Of a stretch of DNA of 64,000 nt, positions 1 to 14,728 are shown piece after piece. Each line of letters starts with the position of its first letter. Position 1 is the first letter of the stretch. The notes under the pieces are model-generated. The model saw only the letters and a list, made by a program, of their open reading frames with translations, was not told the DNA's origin and made no database searches. Both the position numbers and the translations under genes were made by a program. The DNA is taken from NCBI GenBank assembly GCA_051362555.1, contig CM120642.1:2604001-2668000 (forward strand), in the 5' to 3' direction. The DNA comes from Lingula anatina. Lineage: Eukaryota; Animalia; Brachiopoda.

Positions 1-3000
1 GATCAAGGAATACGGTAAGCATGATTGAGAATATATTATCACTTTGACCATTTTAGTATAATTAGTATTCATTTGTGAGCGAAAATAGATAATCGAGCCC
101 ATTTTTATCATGACCTTACAATGTTTTTGCCAAATTGATAAATGCCTCAACGACTGATTTTTTACTTTCAGTTTTGCCTAAGTTTGAAGTGACTCCGTCC
201 CTGCAGTCAATTATCTTGAAGACAGAGACAACATTTACCGGGAAAGTGACGGCCAAGTAGGTGTTTCGTTCGGTTTGCATCTGGTCATTAATGTTTTGTG
301 TATGAATTAAAAAAAAAAAGAGTGAAAGAGCGGTTCTAAAGTGATATGCAGGGGTATAATGGTTTAGATACCATTAAAATGATTAGGCGATAATTAAGTC
401 GATAATTAGAATATTCTAACTGTAAGAGACGTTTTTCTCGGAAAGTCAAACAACTACCCCAATTGCTTCAGATCCTCTACGGATCACGGTCACGGTAACT
501 ATGCCATTTCGTATTTTTATGTCCATATTTACATACATAGTGCATACGTGTATGTATATCTGAAGCTGAATATCTCAAAATTACAAGACTATTGATCGTG
601 TGTTTATTGACCCATAAATTTTCTTGACCAATGCATAAATTAGTACACCTTGCTATAGTGAAATTCTAAAACCAGGTATTTACGTTAGCTGTTCTATCAA
701 AGATATACCTACGGCAAACCGGTGCAAGGCACAGTCACCATCAGGGCAGTGCCAACATGCTGTAAGATATGGGACTACAAGGGAAGGATTGGCGTGGAAC
801 AAGACTTGTCGGTAAATAGGCTTTTAATTACCTGGCAGCAGACCCAGAAGATGTTCTGCATGATGATTGCATTCGTATCTACACTGTACATTGTTGGCAC
901 AACTTGTATATATATCGTGCAGTTCACATGTTTGCATTTCCGTACTGGACACTGTGATAAAAAAAGGAATTAATTTAAAAGAAGATGGCTGGTGTTTCAG
1001 AGGGGTTATGTATCGCACATTGTAGTTGTATAATCTAGCTAATAACCTTTTTGCGCACATATACCAGTAGACTTGTTTATATCTACCCATCTTGTTTACA
1101 AAATTAATACGGTGGCATATTAAACAAGTATAGATATATAAGTAACACAAGTTTAAAAGTTTGAAAGTTGTCTATATAAATTGCTTTTCATTTATTTCCA
1201 GTTGGACCCGGTCACAGGGGAGGCCCCCTTCACCATTACAATGGCTGACCTGAAGAATGGTCATAGCTCCTTGCAGGGCGTTAAGATAGAAGCAAACGTC
1301 ACCGAAACCCTGACTGGAATCACTCTGTCTGGTGAAACATCACAGCAATTTGTGGACAGTCCCTACAAGATAGAATGGCTGCTGAACTCGCCAAGCTCTT
1401 TCAAGCCAGGGTTGCCGTACAAGGGATACGTAAGTTCTATTTCATTTCTGCACTTTGCTTAATTTCGAGCTATCGGCATTTCTAGGCATGGCGTTTTTAG
1501 TATGTCATAATAATTTTTCCCTTGATATTTGTCGATGCTTATGTACATTTAAAAGTATTGAGACTGAAATTGGAAAATGTGAGGACTGTTAATTATATCC
1601 AGTTTCTTATGTACCTTTTTTATTGCGTAGCAGCCCATTCTAGCAGATTTCAAGATTTAACATGTACTCTTTTCACTCGGGTGTAAAACTGTCGATTCAC
1701 TTTAATGCTAAATGTTGTTTAAAATAAACACATAATTTTTCTTAAAACCTTTTCAGGTAAAAGTGGAGTACCAGGACGGCATGCCACTTGGACGAACCGG
1801 AATCCTTAACATCAGTACCACCATCCAGTACAAAAACCCCTGGCCCGTGTACATCAGCGCGTTCCTCACCAAATTAGGCGGGAATTACATCTTCCCAATC
1901 CCTGAGGATGGTCTTGTGGAGGTGACGCTAACACCACCTAGCGAGGCTACGCAATTCAATATGTTGGTATGTGCCAGCCTTCAGTTAGAATGACATTTTG
2001 TAATGAAATTGATATTTTTAGCTTTTTATTTGCTTGCATGTTACAAGAAGTGGAATATCTTGAGTTACAGGATGTTGAATATCTTGAGTTCGTTGTTGTT
2101 GATTTCTTTCACTTGTCCCCGGTTTTTTTTTTTTTTTTTTTTTTAGCTTTTTTTGTATAACATTCTATACCGGATATTACTCAATTTCTTTTTGTATTTT
2201 ATCCAACTGATGCACTACTGCAAAGCCTTCAACTATTGAATCCGAACTACATAGTTTAACCATCGCATGTTTCAGGCAAACTATGAAGACGGCTACGGCA
2301 TCAAGTCGGCCAGTCGAATGTACTCCCCGAGCGAAAACTATATGCAGTTGAAAATGGTTGCGGAGGCAGAAACTGTAGCCGTTGTATGTTTTAATATCAC
2401 TTGACAATACTGATGTATCGTTTTCACATTTTATCAGTTTAAGAAATTGTTTATTTTGACATTTTTATAGTGTTTTATTCCAATTGAAACTTTCAATCCG
2501 ACCACCTGTTGACTCATTATGCCATTAATTAATTAATTAATTAATTAATTAATTAATTAATACATTAATTAATTTCGTTAATAAATCAATTTTGTATTTA
2601 TTCATTTTTTTATTATATCAAAGCAATAATGTTTTTATCTTCATTTGTAACTGTTGTACCTGTGTGTAAAAATTGTTTAAATTATCATATCTCATTATAG
2701 GCGGGTACAACAGCTACGTTCCAGGTGACCACTACAGAGCCAGTCAGCAAGATCTTCTACCAGGTTAGTGAAGTTTTAACATGTAATACGTAGGCGTATC
2801 ACATTTGATATTGCTCAAAACGCTCATATTTAATTTATTTATTTTTTTCTTTTTTGGAAAATATACTAGTATGGTGATTGTGTTTGTTCTATAGTTTATA
2901 CATGTTCAGTTTATGGTCAAATCCAGTCGTTAAAAACCAGAGGTTGCTGGGGCTCAAAGTTGCTTAACGCTTACTTCGAAGTGCCAGTGAACCATATGGG

Positions 3001-4685
3001 AGCAGCTTTATAATCACTTTTGAGTAGTTACATGATACTGTCCATGCATATTTCCAGATCCTTGGCCGAGGAGAGATAGAAGCTTCCGGCAGAGTAACAC
3101 TGAGCTCAGATAACACATTCGATGTGGTGCTGACCCCCAATATGGGCCCCCAGGCCGATATGGTTGCATATTACGTACGGCAGGACGGAGAGATCGTCAA
3201 TGATGGCATCACATTCATGGTTGACGGTGCTATTCAGAACGCTGTAAGTATTGTGTACTGACATTAAAGGAAGACTGATAGACATGAAGACAGATATTCA
3301 ATCTATACCATATATTATATAGGCAGTTATATCAGGGGCAGATTCAGAGACATTTTTGACAGACTTTCAAGTTATCCATTGTTGACCGTCTTCCAACAGA
3401 AAAAAAATCTCCGGAATACGCCTCTGCATATGATACATAATTATAGGCAGATATATAATCTGAGATATAATAGGCCTACAGACCTATTCTCTCGACTAAT
3501 GGGTGGTTAAAGAGGATAGTGTTTTAACTTGACCAGGTCACCTTGAAAGTGTCCAAGAATGAGACAGAGCCAGGGACCAATGTGGAGGTGGAGGTGACCG
3601 CTGACCCGGACTCTACTGTGTGTCTATTGGCCGTAGACCAGAGCGTGCTGTTACTGAGGAGCGGAAATGACGTCACCAAAGACAACGTACGTACCGAGTA
3701 TCTGTAGCTATTTTAAATATCTTTCTTAAAATTCGATCAAGTAGGCTTGATACATAATGTCGCAAAGATAATAGACAGAGTCAACCGGAATTAAAAAGAA
3801 ACGATACTTATAATAATTGATATAGTATTATGAATTATGTATTATTATTTTATTTTGAAATGCAGTTGTTGAAAAATGAAAAATTTCACCGTTTTCTGCT
3901 GATCATCATAATAGGTGAAATACAACAGAATGCGCTTATTTAGTTCATTTAGTTAAGTTTAGCCTATGTTTTGTATCTCCTTCAGGTTTTAAGGGAGATA
4001 AGCCTATATGGCGGTAGACCAACATATTATCCATACTATAGGTGGTGGCCTTCCATCATCTCTGGCACGGACGCTGAGGATATCTTTAGGGTAAGCATGG
4101 GAACTTAATTTTGCCATATTTAATTATGTTGGTTTGGCAGAATATTTTTCTGGAATCATGTCACCTTCATGAGAAGCATCGCAGAAAAATTTAACAGTTG
4201 TTCCTCTGAATGGAGATTCATCTGTGTAGTTTATTGATAATGATCACAAGTTTAAACTTTCCACTTTTTTTCAATTTTGAGTAGAGAGTAAATAGTTTAA
4301 AACTAATGATGAATAACAATTGTTAACATGCGTTTTTGCTCTTTCCAAAAGCTCATTTTCAGCAAGAGTTTCGAAAAAAATGCTCGTCATAGGCGTTCTG
4401 TTATTGTCACAGCAAAAAGCATTAGTTACATAACAAAGGACGATAGCCTAATAATAGAAAAATCTGTACAATATATTCAAATATAGTAATAAAACCATTT
4501 AGCGGCTGCTTGTATGTGAGAATGCTTTTCACATTTTAAAAAGTCTTATCATCTTTCAGAACGCCGGTCTTGTGTATCTGACGGATTTCTTGGTTTACCA
4601 ACACCAACAAAGTAAGTGTGGAAATGCAGGAGCGGATCCAGGATTATTTGAAGGGTGGAGGGGGTCCACGGATGCGAAGCTGACA

Positions 4686-4716
<31 letters not shown>

Positions 4717-7700
4717 TGGCGTGGGGTTCGGTATTTTAGAGGGCGAACGGTACCATTTGGTACGGTTAGAACACTATGATTCTGTTAGTCAAAGTTCTAT
4801 TTCAAGAGGGGACCAGAAGACGAGGGTGGGGGGGGGGGGGGGGGGGGGGGGAGAAGGACCACCCTGACCCGCCCTCTAAATCCGCCACTGAAATGCTAAT
4901 ACCTGGTATATGATATCATTGTACATAACGCACGCACGCCATCCTTATGTACTCATTATTTATAATTTTCGCATATTCACGGTTTTTTTCTTAATGTTAA
5001 AGGGAAACTACACTTTTGGGGGGCCCTAAAAATAAATCTAATTTCGATTTCCCTGCCTTTGAAAACTTTCTATATGAATTCTTCTTTCAGTTGCTGATTA
5101 GATAGATTATCACCATTTCATCTCAAGTACTCAATAAAAATATATTTCCAAATGCCTGTATCTCATTTTGCAGCATATTACTACTCTTCAAGAATGTCAT
5201 CAATCAGTGGGCCTAGCCTCGCGGTTCCAGATTCAGTCGATAGTGACGTAGCAGAGAGTTTGCAAGACGTGGGCAGAGTTCGAACCCTGTTCCCTGAAAC
5301 ATGGCTGTGGAACAACATAACCACAACGTAAGGGTGCTGCTTAACTTTTACCCTATGATATCTCAGGGGTCTCTAATGTACAGTATACAAAATTGTAGAA
5401 GAGTCGATACAATAATTTTGTAAGAGACTACTAATGACCCCTGTGGTCATAAAGTCCTTTGGTTTCTAAATCTGGCGCAAGACGTAATCGGGTATATTGT
5501 TAGTACGTCGCTCTCGTCATTTACGTACTTGCAATGTCACAGAGCTTGAGGGTCAAATGAGCTGCTGAGGTCAAAATTGTTGTGAATTAATATCGCTCTA
5601 TTTCATTTTAGAGAAGAAGAAAGGGGAGAGAGATTGTTGTAGAAGTGATAAAAATCATTTTTATCATTTAATATCATTAAACATAAGAAAAAAATTATAC
5701 CGCTGTCAACATACCAGTAAATTTGTTTCCTCTCGGAATCCATTTGCATTTCGCATTCTGTTTGTAATATTGTACACAATATATGTCATTAAAAAAACTT
5801 GAACCTCTCTGTGGATATCTTTCCAGATCCTCTGCCCCAGTGACCATATCAGATACCGTCCCTGATACCATCACTTCTTGGGTGGCCAGTGCCTTCGCTG
5901 TCAACCCCAACACTGGGCTTGGAGTAGTTGAGCAACCGACCAAAGTATGTCCTTCACCTTTGACCTCCCTGGCAAATGCTCTGGTTCACTAGGATATACG
6001 ATGACATACATGTAGATTAAATCATGCGGGTCTTTATCTCAAGTCCCTCAGGTTTAACATGAAGAATATTCCCATATATTGTATGTAAATTATTTATTTA
6101 TTTAAGTCATAGTTAAAATGTCCCAAAAGTTCGTGCAATAATAACGCAAATTGTGACGTCCCATACCGGGGTATGTCTTTATATTTACGTTATCATTCTG
6201 AATTTTAAAAAATCTTATATTGTTCAGCAGGGTGAAGTTAAGAGATCCTTATAACTTCATCTATATTCGATGTTTGCTTATAATTTTTTTCTTGTTTCAG
6301 CTAAGAGTATTCAAAAGCTTCTTTGTGTACATCAACCTGCCATATTCTGTCACGAGAGGAGAAATAGTCATCATTCAGCCTATAGTGTTCAACTATCTAA
6401 CACAGGATATGATGGCAAGTGTTTGTAATATATATATAATTTTTCGTACCCTATTGAAAGGAGCTGTAGTATTTATTTTAGAAATAATTTATTTGTATCT
6501 CTCTCACTTCCTACTCTCTCCATGGTTGTAACATATTTTAAAAAATAAACCGATGTGGATCATGGAACTCATAATCACTGACCCACTCACTCTGTACTAG
6601 TACTGAGAGAGAGAGAGAGAGAGAGAATGACAGAGAGATGTGAAGGAGAGTACATGTTGTTTATGTATAAATAATCAAACAAACAGCATAATAGACATCC
6701 AATCGATAAAAAGGTTAAATTAAAATTATGTCGTTTATTCAAGTATAAATTGAAATATTTTAATTTAAATCAGGTAACCGTGACCTTGAAAAATAATGGG
6801 GGATTCCAGAGCCAAATCCGTGACGCCAGTGGAAAACTCACTACGACTGCAGTGGATCAGGTGGAACATGTCTTGGTACGTGGCTATTGCATGTACGCAC
6901 CCTCTACCTAGGTCACCGAGTTAGAATGTTGCTCTAGAAATACATAGATTTTACTTTGGCCATTCTGTGCATATTTCTGTACTGTGGAAATTGTTGCACA
7001 AAATGACGTCATCACTGGCCTTTCGCAGAGAGTTCATGTAGATATAAACCCGTGAATAACTGTTCGTTAATTTAAATGGAATGGATTTATTGTATAATTA
7101 TTATCTGCATAGTGAAATATATGTACATAATATGATTCTTTAGACGGCTAAAATAAGCAAACGGTTTAATGAATCAGTGACTAAGTAAAATACAGAAACA
7201 AGGAAAAAAGACTTGCCTTATGGTTTTAGGAGTATTTTTTGCTGAATACACCTATGTGAATATGGAACGACTTTATTTTAATTGGGTTTTAGGTAAAGGC
7301 CAACACCGGCAAGTCTGTATTCTTCCCTGTGATTCCCACGAGTCTTGGCAAGATAGACGTGGAGGTGCACGCCCAGGCCAGCATGGCCGCCGATGGAGTC
7401 AGGAGACAGCTCTTAGTGGAGGTTAGTTAAATAAAATATAAATAACATTTCAACTGAGCATTAAAAAAAGACAGCTGCTACTATAAGTGATGCATATTAT
7501 GCGCTTTAATTTTGTGGATCTACTCATATGAATGATGTTGCCAAAATGTAGTGCCTTGTATTACATTGCAGTTTGAAATATTTGAAAATTATATTTCTTG
7601 CAGCCCGAAGGGGATCCGCGGGAGTCGAACATAGCACGGATGATAGTGAAAGAAGCCAATGCACTTTACAGCGAGAACATACCCATTGTCTTGCCGGAGA

Positions 7701-10700
7701 ATGTGGTACCAGATACCGCCAGACTGTCTGTCTCGGTTATAGGTAAGTCTTTGTCCTATTAGGGGACGTGGTCTCAGATACCGCCAGGGGAGCTATTTTG
7801 GGGGAAACAGAGTCTCTCTACATTCCGACTTATCTTGTATTAATTAAGATTGTATAACGACGTGCTCTCCATAATATAGGTACAACGTTAATACTTCTCA
7901 GCTGGTAAAGTTTTAAAAAACGAGAGGGAAAGCCAAGTTTTATCTTTGTTAAAAATAAATAACCGAATAAATAAATTAATTAGGTAATGTAAAAACGCAT
8001 AAATGAATACTTCTGCGTTTCATCCAATGCGTAGGCGATCTAATTGGCAACATAGTGGGCAACCTGGACAACCTGATCCGTCTTCCTACCGGATGCGGCG
8101 AGCAGACGGTGTCTGCCCTGGCCCTGGACGTTTATGTCGCCAAGTACCTGAAGGCAGTGGGGCTGTTGACAGGAGAGAAGAAGGAAATGTTGTTAGGATT
8201 CATAGAGAAAGGCAGGTTGACAGGGGACGAATATGTTTGAGCTGTGGGCTTTAATGACTTGTTCATTTATTCTGTCAGTTGTGATGTATGATATTAATGG
8301 CGTGTGACGCCTCTTCTTTTCACGCTGTGTCCTGTGTATCTTGAATCTTTTCATGCATTATGTAACTTTAAAATGCGCCTGGGGATATTTTAATTTGTAT
8401 TTTAAACCAAGGTATCATTTTGTTTGAAAGATTTTAATTAATGATTAATTAAGCAGAGATGAAGGGAGAGAATGTTATGTATGATATTAAATAGCAGTTT
8501 GATGTTAGAAGTGACTGGGTACCTGTTTTAATTCCAGGGATACTAAGTGAGATGAAATTTCAAAATAATGATGGTTCCTTCGGATTTTGGGGAGAGACTG
8601 GAAGCACATGGTAAGCCAGGTTTTAGGTTGTAATTACTAGTATGCTTTGTAAAAAGTGAATGTCTGGCTGTCTCTGTTTCTATTGTGAACGTTTAATATC
8701 TGAGAATCCTAGTTTTTCGTTAAAAAGGCGTTTCCATGTATATCGCACTGCAGTCCTATATTTGATTGTAACAATGAAACCATTTGATATGTTGTTTTTA
8801 CAGGTATATCCAAATGTATCTTTAATGAACATGTAGGCCCTAATTATGCAAAACAATGACTGAGATACAATGTTTGATTTAATTGTCACCTATTAAACAT
8901 TATGATGAGCGCCACATTTCATACCGAACACTTTCGTCAACCAGGGTGACAGCTTATGTTATGAAAATTATCCACCTGGCCAAGGAATTCGTTTATGTTG
9001 ATGGCGAAGTTCTCCGTAAAGGTCTAGGCTACCTAATCGGCAAACAGGACCCGTTAGGATCTTTCCCAGAGATTGGCAATATTTACAACACATATTTGCA
9101 GGTTTGTGAAAATAAAAATATTTCGAAAACCACAATCTTTTTACAGTCTTCCGCATCGATTTATTTGTTCAATTTAGCGTGTTTATCCCGATCTATTGTT
9201 TTCAAATCGATACATTTTGACATCGTAGAAAATAACATCAATACATTTGGTCCTCATACACTGTTTACATATAATTGAGTGTTTTAACCAAACCACCCTG
9301 TCTGCAGCGCTAAAAATCTATACCCTCTTTTTCAGAACGTTGATATACATGTACAGTATATACGCCGGTTTCGCTGGAAACCACATTTGTGCGTTGCCTA
9401 ATATCTGTATTTTTACTTAAATTTGACGAATTCTTTTAAAAGCCTGTATGCACACAAATCTGTGTAAAATATACGTTTTATATATGTGAACAATCTACGG
9501 TTTGGATATTTCAGGGAGGATCTGGCAGAAATATTCCTCTTACTGCTTTCGTCCTTATCGCTCTGAAAGAAAATGACGATCTGGTTAACGTAAGTAGGAA
9601 GAATCTTGAAAAAGACCATTGCGACATAAGAAATTAAGGTGCTTATTTGAAAAAAATATGGATATGCTAAACAGTGCCACAAAGGCACACAGAGTAGTAT
9701 AAACTTAGAATCGTAAAATTAAAAAACGTTATAACGCCGCACTGAAATACAACCATGCCTGTATTAGACAAGAAACTCAATATAAGCGTTATACTGGTAA
9801 CGAAATCTCACTTTTCAGGCTAATTGGTTGGAATTTCATGCTGCTATGGACAGTGCTGTCAGGTATCTGGAATCTCAGATCGACTCCCTGAATACTTCCT
9901 ATCCGCTTGCCATCGTTTCCTACGCGCTACATCTGGCAGAGAGCCCAAGGGCAGGGGAGGCTTGGACTAAACTCCACGCACTGGCCACCGTTGAAGGTAA
10001 TGTGATGCGTTAAGGGTACCACTTGATAATTATATAAATGGTGGTGCGGGAGGTGGAAACTGTAACCTGGGGTAATGTGGTCTGTTTTTTATTTGGATAC
10101 TCATAAGCTGATCAGGTGAAGAAATCTTGTTTAATTAATGTTTTGGATGTGAAATTATCCCAGACGCACGTGTCTAACTCGTTTCTATCACATTCCCAGG
10201 TGGGCTGAAGTACTGGCAGATCAGCGACACTCCCCGCTGTCGATACCGCTACTGTTATAACCCGCCCACACAGGAGGTGGAGACGGCCGCTTATGCTCTC
10301 ATGGTCCACAGCCTGAAGAACGAATCCAATGCAGGGATTCCTATCCTGAAATGGCTGGTGACGGAGCAGAACTCTTACGGTGGTTTTGGTTCCACTCAGG
10401 TAAGGGATGGTCCATGCTGTGAACGAATCGGATGTCCTTTTGTATTGTAAATATTCATTGGTTTTCATTTTCAAATTGTCACACGGGATAAGTGTGAGTT
10501 GCTGCATGTTGTCTTAAAGAATATCTGTTTATTGGTACAGCGCAATAAACTAATGGGGAATTGAGTCATCTCTCACACCATTGCTAAATATGGTATGATT
10601 CAGCACCCAATGGGCCCCTCTTGCCTGAGTTGTGTCTCAAGATGCTACGAGTACTTTGACTTTTTGATTAAATCTGATTTAAATTTAAAACAGAAAGATA

Positions 10701-12238
10701 TTTCTTACTTTTTAGGACACAGTAACTGCGCTAGCCGCTCTGACTAATTACGGGGCTCTGTACTCCAAAACCAGGGACCTGAACATCGAGGTCAGCACCG
10801 GGGCGTTTTCAAGAAATTTCTTGGTCAATGACAATAACGCCATGGTTCTTCAAATGGCCGAAGTGAGTAAATCTCTCTCATTGTTTTTTTGTGTATTTGT
10901 AATGAAGTTATGGTGACGATTTGGCAACTGTTATGCCCCAACCTCTAGATTCTTCGGTGGGTGTATTATTTATTTTATTTATCTGTGCTTATTATTATTT
11001 ACGCGCACTCACACACACATACTTCAGACATATAATTCACATTTTTTAAGAAGTCACGAAATCACATCGCATTGTAAAACACTTCAGGAAATGAAATTGA
11101 ATAAAAACAATTATAATTCTTCAACTTTAACATTAATGTCATAAATAGAAATTAGGAAGTCATTTTAAAGCCACACAAAGTCACACGTACTAGACATGTT
11201 ATCTCGTAGAGAATGAAATAAAAATAATCGTCTTAAAATAATGTTAAGAAAGAGCCTGAATTTAACTGTTTATGATTCACTTTCAGCTTCCAGATGTTGC
11301 TAGTGAGGTACAGGTCTCTGCCAATGGACATGGCTCGGCCTTGCTTCAGGTGATTAGAATATTTGAAAAAAATTAACAAAAAAAAAAACATGTCACATAA
11401 TAGTTATTCAGGTTGTATCATTCTTGTTTTCTTCTCTTAAGTAATTGTAAATGGCATTTAAGATAGCTCATGTGCGTAATAAAAAATCGCCATTTTATCT
11501 CCATCCCACCGTATCGGTTTTTTTTTCATCATTTATATGTTTATTCATTCTTTGGATCCAGGTGACTGCAAGATACAACGTAAAGTCGGAAGCCAGAGAA
11601 AAATCGTTTATGCTCAATGTGACGATAGTAGAAGAAACTCAAAACTTCTTGAAACTCAGAATTTACATGAGGTATTTATGCTTCAGTGTTTGTATTATTT
11701 TACTTCAGATATAACTTTAAAACTACACCATTGATGTTTTGAAATAAGTTTTTGGTTCTTTTCTTTATTTTGTGTTTTCAGTTAATTTGTCGTTCTTATA
11801 TATCTACTTATTGTTTTGTATTTTATTTGTAATTGTGTTGTATTTATTTATTTATTTATTGTAGTTATCTCAAGGGGAAAATGTCTGGAATGGCTTTGCT
11901 TCAAGTACAGGTTCCAGGAGGATTCGAGGCAGAACTTCAGTCACTGAAGGATAATATTCTTGTTAAAAAAGTGGAAATGAAAAAACGCATCGTCAATATT
12001 TACTTTGACTCGGTAAGATTTCAAATGATGTGTTTGTATAACCTTCTTGGTTTAAAATTTATTGCTGATCACGTCCAACTGAAAGCAATTCAACCGCTTC
12101 CAATAAACAAAGAATTTTCAAGACAGTCGTGGTCATTGTCTCCTATAAATGTTATCCATTCCACATAAGAGTAGCTAAAAGTCTGGTTAATATATGCTAT
12201 CTATTTCCTACAATGCTGATGTTTTTATACGCCAACCC

Positions 12239-12277
<39 letters not shown>

Positions 12278-12280
12278 ACG

Positions 12281-12317
<37 letters not shown>

Positions 12318-12826
12318 CACAGCGATGTCTTAAATAAGTTTAATGACATCTAATTCCAGATTCCGGGGGATCCCATCGTACTTTACGTTGACGTCCCAAT
12401 GTCCAGAAATGACTTGGTGGGAAAAACACAGCCTGCTACCGTCAAGATCATAGATTACTACTCTCCTGGTACGATTGGATTCTGTTTTGGAATTCCTTAT
12501 AATATTTAATTGATTGAATACTGAAGGATGGGAATAAGTTGAACTTAATGCCTTTGTTATAGTTGTATTTGGATTTTTTTAATGTAGTCTCTAAAAATCA
12601 CATTTTATCACAAAAGTATAAGTTATTTGCATTATAAATCCTTGTCTAAATCCATATCTACTTATCATCCACTCACTAAGTATTATCACGTTTTATACAT
12701 GTATATATCACGATTTATTTATTTCCTTGACACTCAGGTAACGAAGTGTTGACTACCTACCAGTCCAGCATTCTGAATCAATTAGAAGTTTGCGATCTTT
12801 GCGGTAAAGATTGCAAAATATGCTAA
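1..12826 (+). CDS. TEP-1: thioester-containing protein (CD109/iTEP-like), 5'-truncated by the window edge, about 29 visible exons
   Basis: Exons collinear with TEP-2, e.g. 172-256 (VLPKFEV), 703-811 (YTYGKPV), 1202-1429, 5174-5327 (RVRTLFPETWLW), 5827-5944 (PDTITSW), 8035-8211 (GCGEQ at 8091-8105), 10200-10399 (VETAAYAL..GGFGSTQ). The last exon ends CDLCGKDCKIC-stop (12824-12826). No frameshifts seen in the exons checked, provided two GC donors are used. Confidence 0.93.
4627..4890 (+). mobile_element. MITE-like dispersed repeat (CAGGGGCGGATCC...TCCGCCACTG family), intronic in TEP-1
   Basis: Short imperfect terminal inverted repeats; body similar to the copies at 14729-15021 and 44353-44628; AAATG on both flanks. 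Confidence 0.7.
5174..5327 (+). CDS. Single bait/variable-region exon of TEP-1 (phase 1 to phase 2, 154 nt)
   Basis: ttttgcag|CA..AC|gtaag. Encodes YYSSRMSSISGPSLAVPDSVDSDVAESLQDVGRVRTLFPETWLWNNITT. Confidence 0.88.
12239..12315. repeat. Compound (CT)n/(CA)n microsatellite
   Basis: Directly visible in the sequence. Confidence 0.9.
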
Positions 12827-14728
12827 AGTAAGTACAAGAGGAAACACTTTTCTCTCTATAACGGACGTGTATTAACCCTTATTATGTTATTAAAATCGGT
12901 GTTCTTGATGTTATCAAAATGTAGGATATTCTTCATCCTGGTACAGTAAATACAGACGTTATAAGCCTAGATTTTTGCAAGGTGATATCTTCTGAGAGAC
13001 CTATTTAAAAAAGCTCTTCGTTCTATTTTAGGTTGAGAAAGAAATCACAGAATCTCGAATGGGCAACCCAGTGTTAAGTCCACCAAAGAAAAGACTTGAA
13101 CCGTACAAAAGGCAGAATTGCTCCATAATAAAGACATACGTGATTTCTTGCAACACTTTTAAGTTAAAAGCTTAAGGACTTATTAACACGATGTTTAAAA
13201 CATTATTTGCCATGCAGTTTTGACTCTTTCACTAATTGCTAAAAAAAAACTTGGATCGATTTATATCAATAAAATGATATTAGGAATGGATTTTCGCTTT
13301 GCTGGTTACTCTGCCAATGATGTTAATGGTTAACTGAAATATTCTGAAATCAATATCGAAGAAGAAAATGGAAGTAACAAATGAGCAGGCTCCATTGAGA
13401 CTACCGATAAAATCATTCCATTTGCCGACTTATTAATCTTACTTTAATAAAATTTTATCTTAAGGCTTAACAAGACTGCAAATTAACATGCATCTGAGAA
13501 AAAGTTTATTCGACGCATAAAGACGCATTACACGACACCTTGATGACGCTCTCCAAACCCCATCCCCCTCAAAGCATCAGAGACACGAACCACGAACTCA
13601 CCCTCCACCCCCTCCCCCACCCAAAAAATATTACATGCAAAACGTGACAAAACCAATCAATGCCCAATCCGTGTCCTGCATTCAATACAATAAAAATACA
13701 CCCTTCGGTCTAATACTCATTAGAAGAATCCTTGATCCGCCAATGACAAAATACACGAAATGACCTAAAAACGCAAATGTTTTGCCTATACACAAAGGAC
13801 CACCCAACCTTTTACCTCGACTGCGGTTATGTTTAACAGTTTCCACGTTTTTTTATATTCCTGACCGGCCAATAACAAATTTATTGTTAAAGTTGCGCTT
13901 ATTTTTCACCCTGTGGTAAGACGAACTGAGAGACCTAATTTCCGCATACAGGGTTGGAATAAAAGGCTTATTTTTAAAAAATCATTGCGGCAAGCATTTT
14001 TACTACAAACCACAGATATTCATATTTATTTGGTCTGAATATGTTTTGTCTCTTCTCGCAGCCAAGAACTTTTTTGTTATGCTAAAACATATCATACATG
14101 TGTACAAGGAAGTACTGTAAGATGAAGCTGTTTGGTTCTTTTAATAACTTTGTCTCACAAAGGTGCCTAATACACTGAAGACACGATCTTCACATTATAA
14201 TAACCACGAAATGTTTTATTATTTCACATCATTGCGCAACTTGAACCTGAGCAGGAAATTGGTGCATCCAAGTAATAAAAAGATGTTTGCCATTTTTGTT
14301 ATTCCCTTCTGAAATTTACTGAGAGATCCTGTGTGATCCTGTCATCCCCAGGGTCAAAAATTTCCCTAATGCACAAGTATTTTTAGTGTGTTTGTGCGTG
14401 CATATGCGTGTGCATGTAAGTGCGTATGATTAGCGCGCTCAACATGTTGTTCTCTTAATTGTACTCTACATAAGTAAAGGGCCTAATATCAGATATTCAG
14501 TAGGAAAGTTCAGATCGAAATCATAACTGACCATAGCGGCATCATTAGAAAATAAAAAGTTCATATAAACCTATACCAACTGATATGTTCATGTACATTT
14601 ACATCAGGTTACATTTGCAGTTTCAGTATCCAACAGCATACTGCGATGTACTACTCGTAACCGGTAGTACACTGTATATTTTACATCGGACTGATAAATA
14701 AAATTTGTTAATTTATTATTTTTCAAAA

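Noticed and set aside
8538-8610. Apparent stop codons suggesting TEP-1 is a pseudogene
   Set aside because: In the phase set by the GC donor at 8212 the exon reads GILSEMKFQNNDGSFGFWGETGSTW with no stop.
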